A stretch of 63,776 nt of DNA, filler included, from Platydemus manokwari (GCA_037951405.1; 6 parts of 6 records of this genome joined end to end with filler, not necessarily neighbours in it), one strand, 5' to 3'; shown: positions 29,581-43,199, counted from the whole stretch's first letter. Notes: generated by a model not told the origin, from the letters alone. A program made the numbers and translations.

Positions 29581-30099
29581 TTTTTGTGTATGTGTGTGTT
29601 AATTCTTTCTGGAATCTGTGGCTTTTAAGGTTTATTTCTGATCCTGAACTTAGCTGATTGGCTGAATCTGGCTTTGTTGGATTATGATTGTTGGATCGCA
29701 CTTATAAATTATTGATTAACAATGCAGCAGATCTTTTCTGTGAGCTCATCGTCTGTTTATGAATTTTTGTAAACATTCTATATAAACATCTATTATTAAC
29801 CTTTATCAAGAAATATTTAGATGACTTAGTCTGTAGAAAGCAAATGATAATCTTGAATGAACAATCCAAAGCACATAAAATGTAAACTTAATTCAAACCT
29901 TTCTAAAACTTCTTCCTTTCAAATATTCAAATCAAAAGACATGTTTTCAACCGAACAAAAATATGTATTTATAATACATCCATTTTAAACAAATTTTGAA
30001 ATATTTAAATTTATTTCCACTTGATTAATCTTCTATCTTTCTATCCTATCCCTAGTTTTATAATTTCTATCTCGTTGATGTTGATCTGCTATTCTTTTC

Positions 30100-31430
30100 T
30101 TTTGTTCTCTGTCATTATTGTTAATATCCTGGTATTGATTTTTCTCATGCTTGGATTCTTAAGCTTCTTTAGACATTAGGAACATGTCGTACATGTATTC
30201 CTTGAGAGCATGTCTGCATTTCATGATTAGCTCCTTTTCTGAAGATAATGTTTATATCAAGGCTACTTAAAAAATTCAGTCATGTTAGAAATTGAGGCGT
30301 TATGGGGTTCTTTGTCTTCAGCAGAATGTGATCTCTTTGTGAATCTTAGTGTGAATCTTTACCCGTACAAATAGTGATTGAAATGCTGATAGAAGTAATA
30401 AATCGCTGGCAATTCCCCCCTGATGATACAATACCCTTTCTGATGTTTGTTCGTTGCGTGAGATCTGTATCCAAAGACTCGTTCACTTCCTTGGTTATCT
30501 CTTTGCAATAATACTGATCCCATTATGTTGAAACCTGCACCGTTATTTGAGATAAACTCTTCATTATAATTTGGGAATGTCAGAGGTTTTGTTGTATCTT
30601 CGAATGACATACTCCATGCTTCATTCCATGTGAGTTTTTCATTATTTTTACCACACAAATCTAATAGTGCTCTTGATTTCTCCGAGTTTTCCTTTACAAA
30701 TCTCCTATAATATCCGCAAATTTCAAGAACGCTTCGTAGGTTCTTTATACATTTTGGTCTTTCAAATTTTTCTATTGCTTCAATCTTACTTGGGTTTGTT
30801 TTAATACCTTTTTTGTTTATAATATGACCCAGGAACTTATTTTATTTTCTCCGTATTTTAAATTTTTCTGCTCCTCACATTTCATGTTCTTTTTATTACT
30901 TCTTCGAGTATTTCATAATGCTTTTCTATCATTCTTGAGAATAATAATATATCATCCAAATATACCATGACTCCTTTTTCTCTCATATCCCATAGTATTT
31001 TTGTCATTAATTCTTGAAATGTTCCTGGTGCTGCTGCTATCCCAAACGGCATCCATGTAAAACAATATTGTCCCTCTTTTATCGAGAATGTTGTGATTCT
31101 TTGTCAAGCTCTACCTGATAATATGCATTTCCTAAGTCTAAAGACGTAAAATATTTAAACCCGTTTAGGATGTCTAATTGTTCTTCTATATTTGGTACGG
31201 GAAACGCTTGTCTCTCTGTCATTAAGTTTAGTTGTCGAAAATCAAGGCATAATCTTATATCTTTTCTATCTTATTTTCATATACATACAAGTGGCGTATT
31301 CCACAGTGAAATCCATTTTCTTATAATGTTGTTTTCTCTTAAATTCTTGATTGCCACTTCTATCTTTCCTTCTAAATTTTGCTGATTGTCTCAGAGATTT
31401 GATATGTATAAGACTCCAGTTTGTTACAAT
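30100..31430 (-). mobile_element. Ty3/Gypsy LTR retrotransposon pol remnant (RT-RNase H), pseudogenised
   Basis: Minus strand: IRLCLDFRQLN, MPFGIAAAPGTFQELM, YLDD at 30962-30951, FLGHII, GSVLLQ, ELPAIYYFYQHFNHYLYG; frameshifts and stops. Confidence 0.9.
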
Positions 31431-33010
31431 ATTATGTTTTATTAACTTTGTACAACATATCCCAATGATGTCCCATGAATACGTTACTATTAGTTTTCAA
31501 TATTTAACTAATTTAGTTTAAATTCAAAATTATTTGACTTAAATTAATATAATTAGTTATATATAATTATCATCACGAATTGTTATAGAATCTCTACGAT
31601 ATGTTATTTAGAAAATGTACTTTAAAGGTGTGTTTTACGAGTATATTTCTATATTTGTTGGAGATGTATCATTAGCACAATACTCAAATTCCAAAATATT
31701 GAAATCACCAAATTCTAACCACAGCATTCAATTCCATATTACTCCATAATATTCAAATCATTGAATTCTAAAACATTCAAAAAGATATTCCAAAATTCAG
31801 TGGATAGTGATGACCCAATAACCAAACCAAATTAAACAGTCCGAAAATAAAGCTCCTAATACTCATACCTCCAATCATAAAATAATGAACAATGGAATTT
31901 TAGTGATTCATCGATATATAACAATAATGGTGATTTAGATAGTGGAACTAGCATTCACCACACATTAATATTTTTATGTATTATACTGTATTATTTTATT
32001 AAGAATGTGAACTTTAAATCAATACAACTTTTAATATAATTAATTAATTATTTGGTGTACTTGGAAGTAACTGATTAAGCAGAGTGATGAATATTATACT
32101 AATTATTATATTCCGGTATTAAATGCAGATTCCACAGTGATATCTGGGTTTAAGAAATCAAGACTCTCTTAAGAATAGAGACATTATTAAGTCAATAGTT
32201 TATTTTTAGGCTTTAAAACTGACACAACTTAATTCCTTAACAATGCAATACAAAATATCACTGTTTTAGAGTGTGTTGGGTAAATCACAAATCAACCAAA
32301 AGGGTCACACAAGAACCAAAGAAAAAGCCGTAAAAAAGGGTCAATACACACAGACCCAAAAAACACGAGTGCCGCTCACTAATCGAATTTGTTCTAATAT
32401 TATTCCATATTTAGAAGCTAAGAATTGACAAGTACATACCTGCATGCGACAGAAAGTTCCAATATATCTGCCAATGGCCCAAGATATATAAATGAAATCT
32501 CAAGTAGATCGATCCATGAACAAATTCAGTAAACGGAAAACGAAGATTCTTGATATAAAGCAGACACACCCAATAGGTCTATAAAAGAGGTTGAGTTCCA
32601 TGAATTGGTGGGTAATTTGAGTGCTTATCTTATCTTTGTGTGATTTTTAATAATCAGTCTTTTTGATTACTTTTCATTTTGTTTTTGACTTTCAGGCGAT
32701 TATCCTACATTGAGTGATTTACCTTGCGAATTGTGAAAAGATTTGTTGTTGTTGTTATTGTTGGGGTTTATAAGTTTTAATATCCGAGTTTAACGCGATT
32801 CTATTCTACCCCAACTTATGCGTTTATTATTGTGTAACACCTGACTCCAAAGGTGCTGTGTATAACTATGCTATGAAAACAACGAGTTTATTAGAAATAT
32901 ATATTCAAATNNNNNNNNNNNNNNNNNNNNNNNNNNNNNNNNNNNNNNNNNNNNTTAATTAATTAANNNNNNNNNNNNNNNNNNNNNNNNNNNNNNNNNN
33001 NNNNNNNNNN

Positions 33011-33074
<64 letters not shown>
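33011..33074. repeat. (ATT)n microsatellite at contig edge
   Basis: Direct inspection. Confidence 0.9.
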
Positions 33075-33077
<3 letters not shown>

Positions 33078-36000
33078 TTTAATTATTATTTATATTACAT
33101 ATTCATATTTATTATTGTTTAAGCTTAACCTCATTAATGTGAGTAGTAGTTTTATTATCAGAACGTCGTGAACATTTCATTTACTTGCGTGGTATCTCAT
33201 TGCTATTGATTGGAGCACAGATAATGGAGTAGTAGCTCTATTGTTGATCTAAAGCTTAGTTGTTTAACAATAAGGCGGTTGTTGATGATTTCTAAACATT
33301 CAAATAAATTAAAGGATAATTAATCACACGTAAAACCCATCTAACTTTTCATGGAAATTCATATTTCATAACTTAAAAACTACAGTACTTATAAGGGCTT
33401 TGTTACAACAATGTGTTGTTGCCCCACATCACTGCTTGGGAAATGAAATAAAGTTGATCCAAAGTGTAAAGTAAACTAAATTTATAAATTACTGTCACTT
33501 CTGTTAAATTCCTGGTTGCTGAATCAGATCCCTTAAATTTGATGATGGTAGACTCATAATTTATAATATACGGAACAATTAATTTAATAATCATATCTCA
33601 AAAATTAAAACCAATCAAAAAATAATCTCTAGCTTCAATCCAACTCTTCAACTCAATTTTCGAAACAAAGATCACAATATAAGTAGTGCTGGAGCACACT
33701 AAGAAATCGCTACATAAAAAAAATTTTAACAAGTCGTTAATCATTCTTTACGAAACTACTTATTAGTTTCGTAGCAACCAAGTTACGTTCGAGAACGTCA
33801 ACCTAATGCATTTTCTTTGAAGTTATAATGTTAGATATACAAGCCATAAGGGCTTCAGCATATATAATAATAAAATGAAAGCGTAGAAATTATAAGACTA
33901 AAATTTTAAATCAGAAACGACTAATTTGGAGAAAACCTGTTACCATACTAATTTCATAAAATACCATAAAAATTTAAAATTAAATTCAAATCACCACGGC
34001 AAAGAGGTAAGTCACTATTATGGAAATAAAAATTAAATAAATCAGTCATTTTGCCATGGCATCAAATCATTTATATAGGCAAGAATCACAATGTTCCCAA
34101 AAAAATATTTTTAAAAAAATTCAAAATTAGAAACATCCAAATTCTCAAGGAAATTCATATTTCGGAAGAAAGGTTATCCTATTCATTACAAGAAATTTCA
34201 TTTCAAGCTATAAATATTGTTCAAATTCAAAAACATAATATGGAAAACCTAATTGTTGTCATTATTGGTATCTACTTCGCACGAATTTCCAACAGAATAT
34301 TAACTACCACTAATTATTAAAAGCCTACAAGGTATATTAGAATTTGTTGGGACCATAACATCAAGCATCTCATTCTTTTTTATATCGAAAGACAATGTCA
34401 TTAGTTCTCTCTGGGGATTGTTCATACTGTTTTGTAAAGATAAAATCTCACAAAAGAAAAGCAACTTTGCACCTTGGAACCATAATTTTAGCATTTTAAG
34501 CATTTAGATGTCTACACAAGAAGGCAATTAAAGAGGACTTAAATGGACAAAACTACACAGTGACACACACTTAGGGATAGAACAATTCTGAGAACACTAA
34601 ATCAATAATTCGATTGGAACTCGAGAAATCAAAGGTCAAATCAAAAAGTGACACAAATTTCAAGCATAAATTCTGATGTAAAGATGTCAAATTGGTAGTT
34701 GAAATCCGAGTATTATAAAGTTGTTTTGTATTAAGTGAATGGAGTATTAAGTGAACTTGAGTGGTTTCTATGTAAGCTTATTTAATAAGGATCAAGTGAA
34801 TTCTTAAAGGCACAACAATATCTTCAAGATATTACACTTTCTCTGTTAATTTTAAAGCATTACACACTTATGAATCTTTATTATATTGATAAATATTATT
34901 ATTTCAGTTTGCTATTCTTATTATTATATATAAAAACGTAACTTATTAATTTGTTAGATGACAGATCTTTGGTGGAATCATCAACTATGTACTCAAACTT
35001 ATTACTAATTTAGGAGATAAATCACCTATAAATTATTGTTGTATTCATCACAAAATCTATAACCCACCTATCAAATTTCATAAATGGATTCATTATTTGA
35101 ATCATCAAATTTATATTGTGAGTAATATTTTGTTAATCAATATGTTCATCAATATTTAATGATCAGAAATAATATAATTTTAGCTAGAATAAAATAGCTC
35201 CATTAAAGTTTCCCTTATAAGAAATTTATCCAAGAAAATAACATTAAAAGAATAGTCTGATTTATATTATCGCGCAATATCATTAACAGATCTATCACCT
35301 ATTATCGTACTTAATAATTAGTAACAGCAAAAAAAATTCTGGTCTGCTATAATTAATATAATTGCAGAATTCTCTACCACAATAAATTCGAGTGAGAACA
35401 CAAGTGTGTTTTTTCTACAAGTGATTCATTGATGCCTGTGTAAAAAGCAGTCACATTTATTGCATGCACAATTGTTGCAGACATAATCAGGACACAGTTT
35501 ATTAATGAGAACAACAGAGGAAATATCATTCTGTGTCGGGCATCGGAATTCCATATATGCCCAGTATTACAGGGGAAGATCCGACAGTAAAATACGGTAT
35601 TTATAAAATAATATACCATCCAAGTCATTCCCAGTCTTGTTAAAAAGGTTTTACTTCTCTATTGAGTTTATCAAACAGCACTTTGCAAGAAATGAACCCA
35701 TCTTACGATTACGTGGTTAAAAGCATTGTTAAGATCATAATTTTTGTATCAGTTCATAAATATAATTTTGCAATGAAATTCATAAAAAAGGATGTTTTGG
35801 TATAAATAACAAGTTGTTGTGTTATCATATAGGAATCAGAATCATTGTTATAACCCTGTCAACATCACTTTTATCTCATCATTTTTAAGGTTAAATCAAT
35901 TTCCATAAAAATGACAAACAAAAGGCATTGATAATGCTTCAGAGAAATTGTCCGGAAAAACAGTTATAATTAGCGAAACTCTGCAGTCAATCGAGCAGAA

Positions 36001-36159
36001 ATTATTGTTCGCCTTCTAAGATTAATTGATTTTTTTCCTCACTATTTAAATGAGGTCATCCTTTAATGACGTAATAAAAATCAAATCAGAACATCAAATA
36101 AAAAAATTTCCAACGATTTTACATTTGAAAAAAATCTTTGTCAAAAGACGCTGATATTT

Positions 36160-36317
36160 TTATTGAATCATTTTTTTCTTTGTATCGAAAACAAATCGTT
36201 TAAATTCCAAGATAACATTGATTGTAGGCTTATCCGTCTCATTTTCAACGGCGGCTTTTGCTTTCTTACGCTTGGTTGAACCGGAAAAAATATCCACCAA
36301 ATCGTCCGGTAGAGCGT
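36160..36317 (-). CDS. EEFSEC: eEFSec terminal coding exon
   Basis: ...KRKKAK...VILEFKRFVFDTKKKMIQ* with TAA at 36162-36160. Confidence 0.88.
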
Positions 36318-39300
36318 CTAGAAGAAAATTTTCAGACAAATATCCTCTAATAAATCATTCAGTAGCTTTCACCGTCTAAAATAACTTTGCATTTTCCGCT
36401 CTGACCGAAATTGCCTTCGATATAACCGAAAATCGGGATTTTCAATCGATATTCACAATGATCGCCAGTCTTATTATTATTCGATGGCGATTCTTGTTGT
36501 TCCAATCGTACTTTCATGCGTTGAAACACTTCGATATTTGTTTCTTTTTTGAATAGATTTTTCACGATAGCAGTTCGAGAATCATTCAATCGTTCTAACA
36601 GACCCATTCGAGTTTTCAATTTATAGACCTAGATGAATATTGATTATTCTGTGTGGAACCAGATCGATAATAATAAATAACAATGATAAATGTCCATTCA
36701 TATCAAATTGGTTTGTCGAGATACAAAAATAATATATAATTAAAATATAAAAATAATGATAATAGATTATAAAACATAAGAAATTGGAAATCAAAAGGAT
36801 AATCAATATTTTTGTGACACACCAACATTAAATTCATTCAAATGCCGATCATATTCGATATGATTTTCGTGTTATCATAGCAATCATTTTTTCCTTTGGA
36901 GGAATCAGATTTTTCCGAGAAACTAAATGGATTCAACACAAACCGTAGAACAACCTCGCAAATGGTGATACCAAACAGAATGAGTTTCAGGGAAACAAAT
37001 TAAAAATTAACCTTCAAATTTGGTAAATCCAATTCGGCATATTTATTGTTACCACTCATCCATAAAACTCGCCCATAGAATGCCAATCGACATACATTCG
37101 AATGGATATCGGTATCGAGTTTGGTACTGATAACCAGGCTGTGAATGGCACACACGACGGGTCTCTCCAACTGAATGAGAACAAATAGGTCTCGGTTGTT
37201 TGGAATTGGTTCTGAAAAATATGAGATATTCGTCAATCGATTTCATTAGCCTTCAAATACAGTTGAAGTTATCATTGAAAATCAATTGAAACCATGGAGA
37301 TAAAAGACGAATTCTATTGGATAAATTTTATCTACAAATCGATATTAAGCACACACACATATCTATATACCATTAATTTGTTTATAACGAAAGATTATGC
37401 TAGTCTTCACATTTGATATCGATTATATATCATGAAATTTAGTAGCCAATATTTAAAATTTGTGTTGGATTGAATGAACGATTCCAGTAATAATTTGTGT
37501 AACAACGGATATTATTGATTTATTGCCGAATAATTTCATATATAATAATAAAGTGCAATTATCGATCGATAGTTATTGCTATTAATTACCCATTATATTT
37601 CACTACCTGTTGGTGAGTAACCATCCAAATATTCATATTCCAAAGACCAATTGAAATCCAGTGATACTGATGACGATTTCTGGGCAGTAAAAAGTGTGAT
37701 GGAACCCATTATTGTGTCTTGACCGATTGCAAAATGATATTTCGATTTGCTTCTGATTGGAGATTTGAAATGATTGATTGGGTTCACCTTGACAATACAC
37801 ACTTCGATAAGGCTCAGGGGTTTGTTGCCAGATGTATGACAAGCCAAACCACGTTCGAGCAGACTGGCATCCATCTGTGTGACACAGATTCCCACCCGAT
37901 CACCCTGGAATGAATGGTTAAATTGAGATGTCCAAATGGAGCAAATTATTTATCAAAGTATAAACACAGAATAAACTAAACCTGTATGGCCTTGTTAACT
38001 GGTTTCCTAAACATCTGAATTGATTTGATCTTCTTATCTAACTCCAATAAAGGTATGGAAAGACTCTGTGATGAATACAGATCAATTTCCTGGTGATAAT
38101 ATCAACTATAATGTACTAACATCACCGATTTCTACACTGCCACTAAGAATAGTTCCCGTCAAAATGGTGCCCTGGCCACGAATTGAGAAACAATGATCAA
38201 TAGCAAATATCAGTGGATGTTTGCTTCCCTCAATTCGTTTTTCTGTGGGATTTTCAGTGTTTTTTAATAATTGCTTGATAAATTCATCGATTCCCATACA
38301 ATCAGATTTCAATACATTCTGGAACAAACATTGTTTTTTTTTTCATTCAATTAATGATAATTATTATTATTCACGGTTTTTACTTCTAATGACGATCCTC
38401 CAGGATTAGCAGCAATTTCAATGATTGAACAATTAGCAAATTTGGTTTTGGCTAATGTAAGACACAGCCGCTTCTTCATCTAGTTATGTAAAATGGTTTC
38501 AAAACAATATATAAGCTCTATCACAGATAATAAACGAATAGCTATTATGTTGATTATCAAATATTTATATTAACGATATTTGGATAGAAATTGAATGGAA
38601 TAATGTTCTATTAGAATCGATTAATCTGTGAGAATCATTATGAAAATAATAAATGATTATCAGTTCCGAAATATATGATTTTATTATTTAAATAAACATT
38701 CAAGGAGGTAACAGATACACATTTTTTGATTTATACATCCTTCTAATCAAAACATGTGGGGACTTCCGTGGGAAAAAAGTCTAAGAAAAGGAATAATGGA
38801 GCTGCAAGAATCCAGAGGGTCGGTGGTGAATACAAGCTCATTTGGAGACGATAATACTATAAGAATATTAATTTTTTTGATGTATCTCGTTTGCTCAAAA
38901 CGCTTAATTTGTCTTTTTAAACAACGTACTGTACGTTCTGACTAATTTTTATTGAAGTTTGTGTAATCGCGAACTCAATGCTACTGCTTGTGTGCTTTGT
39001 CGCTTAAAATGCCGAGGTCTGGCAGTAGAGAAAGGTTAGTCTGTTGTGATATTACGAGAAACAAAAGATAGTAACATTAAGATGTTTTTATAAATTGCTA
39101 CTAAAAGTTTAAAAAAATTGGTGTGGGTTAGTTTAGAGGCGCTAAGTAATATTTATTCTGAAAAGGGGGCGGTACGCCGGAAAAGTTTGAGAATCACTGT
39201 TCTAAAGAATATATATTTGCTTGGTTTTTGAAATGTTAAGAACCAAAGGACTGAACTATTCAACGATAAAGCCAGGAACTTATTTTAGTATATCAAAAAA

Positions 39301-40619
39301 TTACAGGATAGAAAGAGGTTCAACAATCATAAGAGGGTGGTTTATCAAATTCTTAAGGAGGGATTTCCCTAGATAAATGTTGAGTACATTTTTAGACCAG
39401 AAATGACCACTTCATGGAGAAAATAAACAATAACAATGAATGTATAAAAATATTATATGCAATATACTCGATGTATATCCTAATATCAGAGTATCTGGAT
39501 TCTCTCGGTTTGTATTTATTGATAATATATTCAATTTTTATAGTTATATTTTATTGATTAATCAACAATTTTTAATAATATTGACCATCTCAATATTTAA
39601 TTTCAACCCATTATTTGATTTTTGTAACTACTAAAATCCTTATGACGATACACTGCTAGAGGCTGGCTTTCCTAATAAATGCGTTTCTACACTTGATCAT
39701 ACTGGCCGCGATCCATAAAAACTACTCACCAACAATCTCAAGTTTCCACACAAGTGAATTGAAACGCAAAATTTTTCTCGATCATAATCATTAATTAATC
39801 CCAGGTCGAAATTATAGCATTTCATCTCTACTTTAACCCTCAACTATTTATTAATTTTGTTTATAATAATTATTTATTTATTGCATATTATTATAGTGAT
39901 TTCAATATTATCCTTTATGCTAAATGCAAATATTCAATTTCATAAATTTTATCAAATTGCTGAATAATAAAAATTAGAAAAATAATTTGATTAAATTTTG
40001 AAACATATTAATATAAATTCTTATAATGATAATTTTACTTTAAATGAACATTGTTTACCTTAGCAATCGTAGATAAACGATCTTTTTCCGGTATAAGATC
40101 GATTTTATTTAATACAACAATCATTTTATCACATAATATCTCGCCAATTATCAGGCATTCCGCTGTTTGTGTTTGAATACCTTTAGTTACATCTATGACA
40201 AGAATCATCAAATCTATTATTTGAGCTCCTAGGAAGATTTATTAAATAATAAAAAATAATTTGCCGAAAATCTATATACCACAAATTATTGTGCGAATCA
40301 ATGACGCATGTCCTGGGCAGTCTACTAATGTATATTGTAAAACGGAATCGTCATTCAATTGTAACGAATTTTTTATATCACACGGAATTTCGGTAGAATG
40401 CAATTGAAATGAAGAAAATCCTAAATCTAAAGTTATTCCTCGCTCTTTACTTTGTGGGTTTTTGTCAAAACATGCAGTACTAGCCGTGGTACTAAGAGTT
40501 TTACACAAGCTTGTTTTACCACTATCAACGTGGCCGAGTACTCCTATGTTTATATTAATTACATTCACTAAAGCGAAATATTAATAAAATTTATAAAAAG
40601 AACATTTTAAAATCATACT
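36160..40619 (-). CDS. EEFSEC: Selenocysteine-specific translation elongation factor (eEFSec/SelB), complete multi-exon gene, about 582 aa
   Basis: Manually spliced with GT-AG junctions, frame-consistent throughout: 40619 (A of ATG, inferred), 40567-40280, 40228-40059, 38479-38384, 38318-38121, 38065-37982, 37904-37607, 37211-37012, 36628-36373, 36317-36160 (total 1749 nt = 583 codons with TAA). Motifs: NIGVLGHVDSGKT, ERGITLDLGFS, DCPGHASLIRTIICGAQIID, NKID, DHCFSIRGQGT, CRLAFYG, FGQSGK, and C-terminal FKRFVFD, all typical of eEFSec. Confidence 0.96.
36373..36628 (-). CDS. EEFSEC: eEFSec exon (domain IV)
   Basis: VYKLKTRMG...KNLFKKETNI...GNFGQSGKCKV. Confidence 0.9.
37012..37211 (-). CDS. 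EEFSEC: eEFSec exon (domain III)
   Basis: LERPV...STKLDTDIHSNVCRLAFYG. Confidence 0.9.
37607..37904 (-). CDS. EEFSEC: eEFSec exon (domain II/III)
   Basis: GDRVGICVTQMDASLLERG...KSKYHFAIGQDTIMG; phase-1 donor matches the next acceptor. Confidence 0.9.
37982..38065 (-). CDS. EEFSEC: eEFSec exon
   Basis: SLSIPLLELDKKIKSIQMFRKPVNKAIQ; CAG/GT boundaries. Confidence 0.9.
38121..38318 (-). CDS. EEFSEC: eEFSec exon (start of domain II)
   Basis: FAIDHCFSIRGQGTILTGTILSGSV; CAG acceptor, GTTAGT donor. Confidence 0.92.
38384..38479 (-). CDS. EEFSEC: eEFSec exon
   Basis: MKKRLCLTLAKTKFANCSIIEIAANPGG; TAG acceptor, GTAAAA donor. Confidence 0.9.
38799..39199. mobile_element. Second, truncated copy of the hAT MITE, inverted relative to 56675-57160, inside the 1.58-kb eEFSec intron
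   Basis: Reverse-complement match (gagggtcggtggtgaatacaagctcatt; gatgtatctcgtttgctcaaaacgcttaatttgtc); ends in gagaatcactg. Confidence 0.85.
40059..40228 (-). CDS. EEFSEC: eEFSec exon (G4 region)
   Basis: GAQIIDLMILVIDVTKGIQTQTAECLIIGEILCDKMIVVLNKIDL; AG acceptor at 40230-40229, GTAAAC donor. Confidence 0.93.
40280..40567 (-). CDS. EEFSEC: eEFSec exon (G1-G3 of GTPase domain)
   Basis: ORF 40272..40568 encodes GHVDSGKT, RGITLDLG, DCPGH; donor GT at 40279. Confidence 0.95.
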
Positions 40620-43199
40620 TTTATTTTATTATATTAAATAAACAAATAGGACAGTTTCGGAGAAACATTAAAAATGTTTCATATATTAAATAAAATATTT
40701 TTACAACCAAATAATTTTTACAAACTTAGAATCAAAATTATAAAGTTTATAAAACCTTGATGGTGAATTTAGTGATCTATTCAAGTGCCTGATAAACGAA
40801 ATTAATTATTTTTTAAAACTAACATTACATTGTGCGTCTGAAATATTATTGAAAAAGGATGCTATCAATTATCAAAATATTAACTGAAAGTTACTAAAAC
40901 ATTGTTAAATACTAGAATGATCTTCTATTTGTTGAAATAAAATGTTCCAAGTGATGAAAAATTTAGGAAAATTTTAAAAAGATATCTTAAAATAGAAGTA
41001 GTAAATTTTTTGAACAAATTCCTAAATACTATCTAGTTTGATTAATTAAATTCACCAAAAGCATTTAAGATTAATGATATTCTTTAAGAATATCTAAGAA
41101 GAATATCAATAATCTTAAATTAAAAATTAGAATAATATAATTTTTTCTTTGCAATTTTAAAATCAATATCTTATCTATACAAGAACTACGTTGTAAAATT
41201 CAGTTACTAAAATTAATTCTAATATTATGTTAATGACATGAATTCGCTCACTGGAAAAATATTAAATTTCACTGAAATTGAAAATTTTTCCTCTTGTCAT
41301 TTGAGTTAATCAACATGAATAAATTTACACTTACTACTTCTTAATTAAATTCCAACACATAAGTTTGTCTCTATTAAGATTTTATGGCAATATGACACCA
41401 TTAATAATCAAAGTTGTATCAAAGTTTAGTATCGTAGTACAGTCTTTAAAGTCATCAATTGTGCGATATTAGATTCAAATATTAATAATTAGTAAAAACA
41501 TGATTTTGATTCAAACTGTGGAAGCTTGAAGTAGCTTATCTGTCCCCCAATATATGGGGGAAATTTTCTGCAATTTTACAGTTTGTTTCTTATAAAATAT
41601 AATACTTCGTCGGATTCACAAGTTTCATAAGAAATAATCAAAATTGAGCGAAAATAATATTTTATAAATACATGAACGTCGTTAGAATGGAAAATCTAAT
41701 ATGCACAAATCTTTACACTCGATAGAAACCTTATCAATATATGAATAATGTTAGATTATTGTTTAAAATAACTATATTTCAACATACTATTAGCATTCAC
41801 TTAGCTCGCTAGCCCTAGATTAATTTGTTAATAGCAGCTATAAATACAAACAAAACAACAAATATCAATATAAAGCCGGATATAACGATAATGAATGTCA
41901 TTAGAAAATAAAAATTAGAAAATATTGAATACGGATGTCATTTCATGACAAACAGTGAGGGACTGAATTTATCATATGTGCTGTCATTATTTTTTAAGTG
42001 ATTGATTGGGTTTTGTTTTAATCCCATTTCATATTTATCAAAAGAACATAATTAAATACAATCAAGTTTTTCACTGGTTAGTCATTTATTTAATCCATAC
42101 AAGAACTTATCCGAGGAACATCACTAAATCTTATAATAAGCTCAAAGCAAGTATTCAAGTAATTCGAAATTACTCTACAATTCAAAGATTTTCGAATAAA
42201 TTATTAATAAAATGACGTGATTTCTTGTATTTTATAAGTGTTTATGCAATTCGTTTGAATAAATTAAGTAGTGAAAATACACAATACAGTTGTAATGAGA
42301 ATTTTATTTAATATTAGGCCAAATATTCTTTTGAATAAAATCTTTCATGTTTACATTTTTGCAATTCAATTGATTAATACTTTCAACAGCTGGATTCGTT
42401 TCGATTTGCATTACATCCCTAAATCAATATTAAATGATATTTTTAAATAATATTAAGAACTTCTCATATTTAATGAAAACTCTTATCCAAATTTCTGAAA
42501 ATATTGTTGAAAATGCAATTATCTCACATTGATTTTCATATTTAAATTCAAGATTGAATGCAATCGTTTCATCAAATTCTAATGGACTTTCAATTTGTTC
42601 AAGTTGTGAATAAATATCAAACATAGTTTCTGTAACCGGTAACGATATCTTAAAAGCTAAAATTTTGTCATTAAAATAACTTCAATCAGAATAATTCACA
42701 TGAGCTTATATCATTATATTTATCGTCTGTTGACTTTCTAATAATAGTATATAATAAAAATAGAATATAATAAAAATCAAAAATTACTTATGGTAATCTA
42801 AGCTAATTTTATGATATAAATATTTTTCTAACAAATCCTAAAAAATAGCAGTTAATAATCTAATAAAATATAATTTTTAAAATTAAAAAAAAATTTATAA
42901 TTACACCATTAAATTTGTAAATACCGAATATTAAAAAAAGTCTAAATTATGAATTTTATAACTTAANNNNNNNNNNNNNNNNNNNNNNNNNNNNNNNNNN
43001 NNNNNNNNNNTTAATTAATTAANNNNNNNNNNNNNNNNNNNNNNNNNNNNNNNNNNNNNNNNNNNNAATAATAATAATAATAATAGACACACATGTAGAA
43101 ATTCGTTTCTTTATGCAACTCCACCAAATCATCTTCATTTTACATTTTACCTACATCATCACTCACATTTTATATTATTATTGGATAAAATTAAAAATC

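Noticed and set aside
36037-36070. AUGA-containing hairpins in the eEFSec 3' UTR as a SECIS element
   Set aside because: The helix after AUGA is too short (CCUCA/UGAGG), there is no 3' GA to form the kink-turn quartet, and the CDS has no in-frame TGA
40566-40568. GTG initiation or spliced-leader-donated AUG for eEFSec
   Set aside because: The G is the last base of a strong TTTAG acceptor, and an AUG-ended leader joined here would read AUG-UGA; a cis-split ATG is more parsimonious
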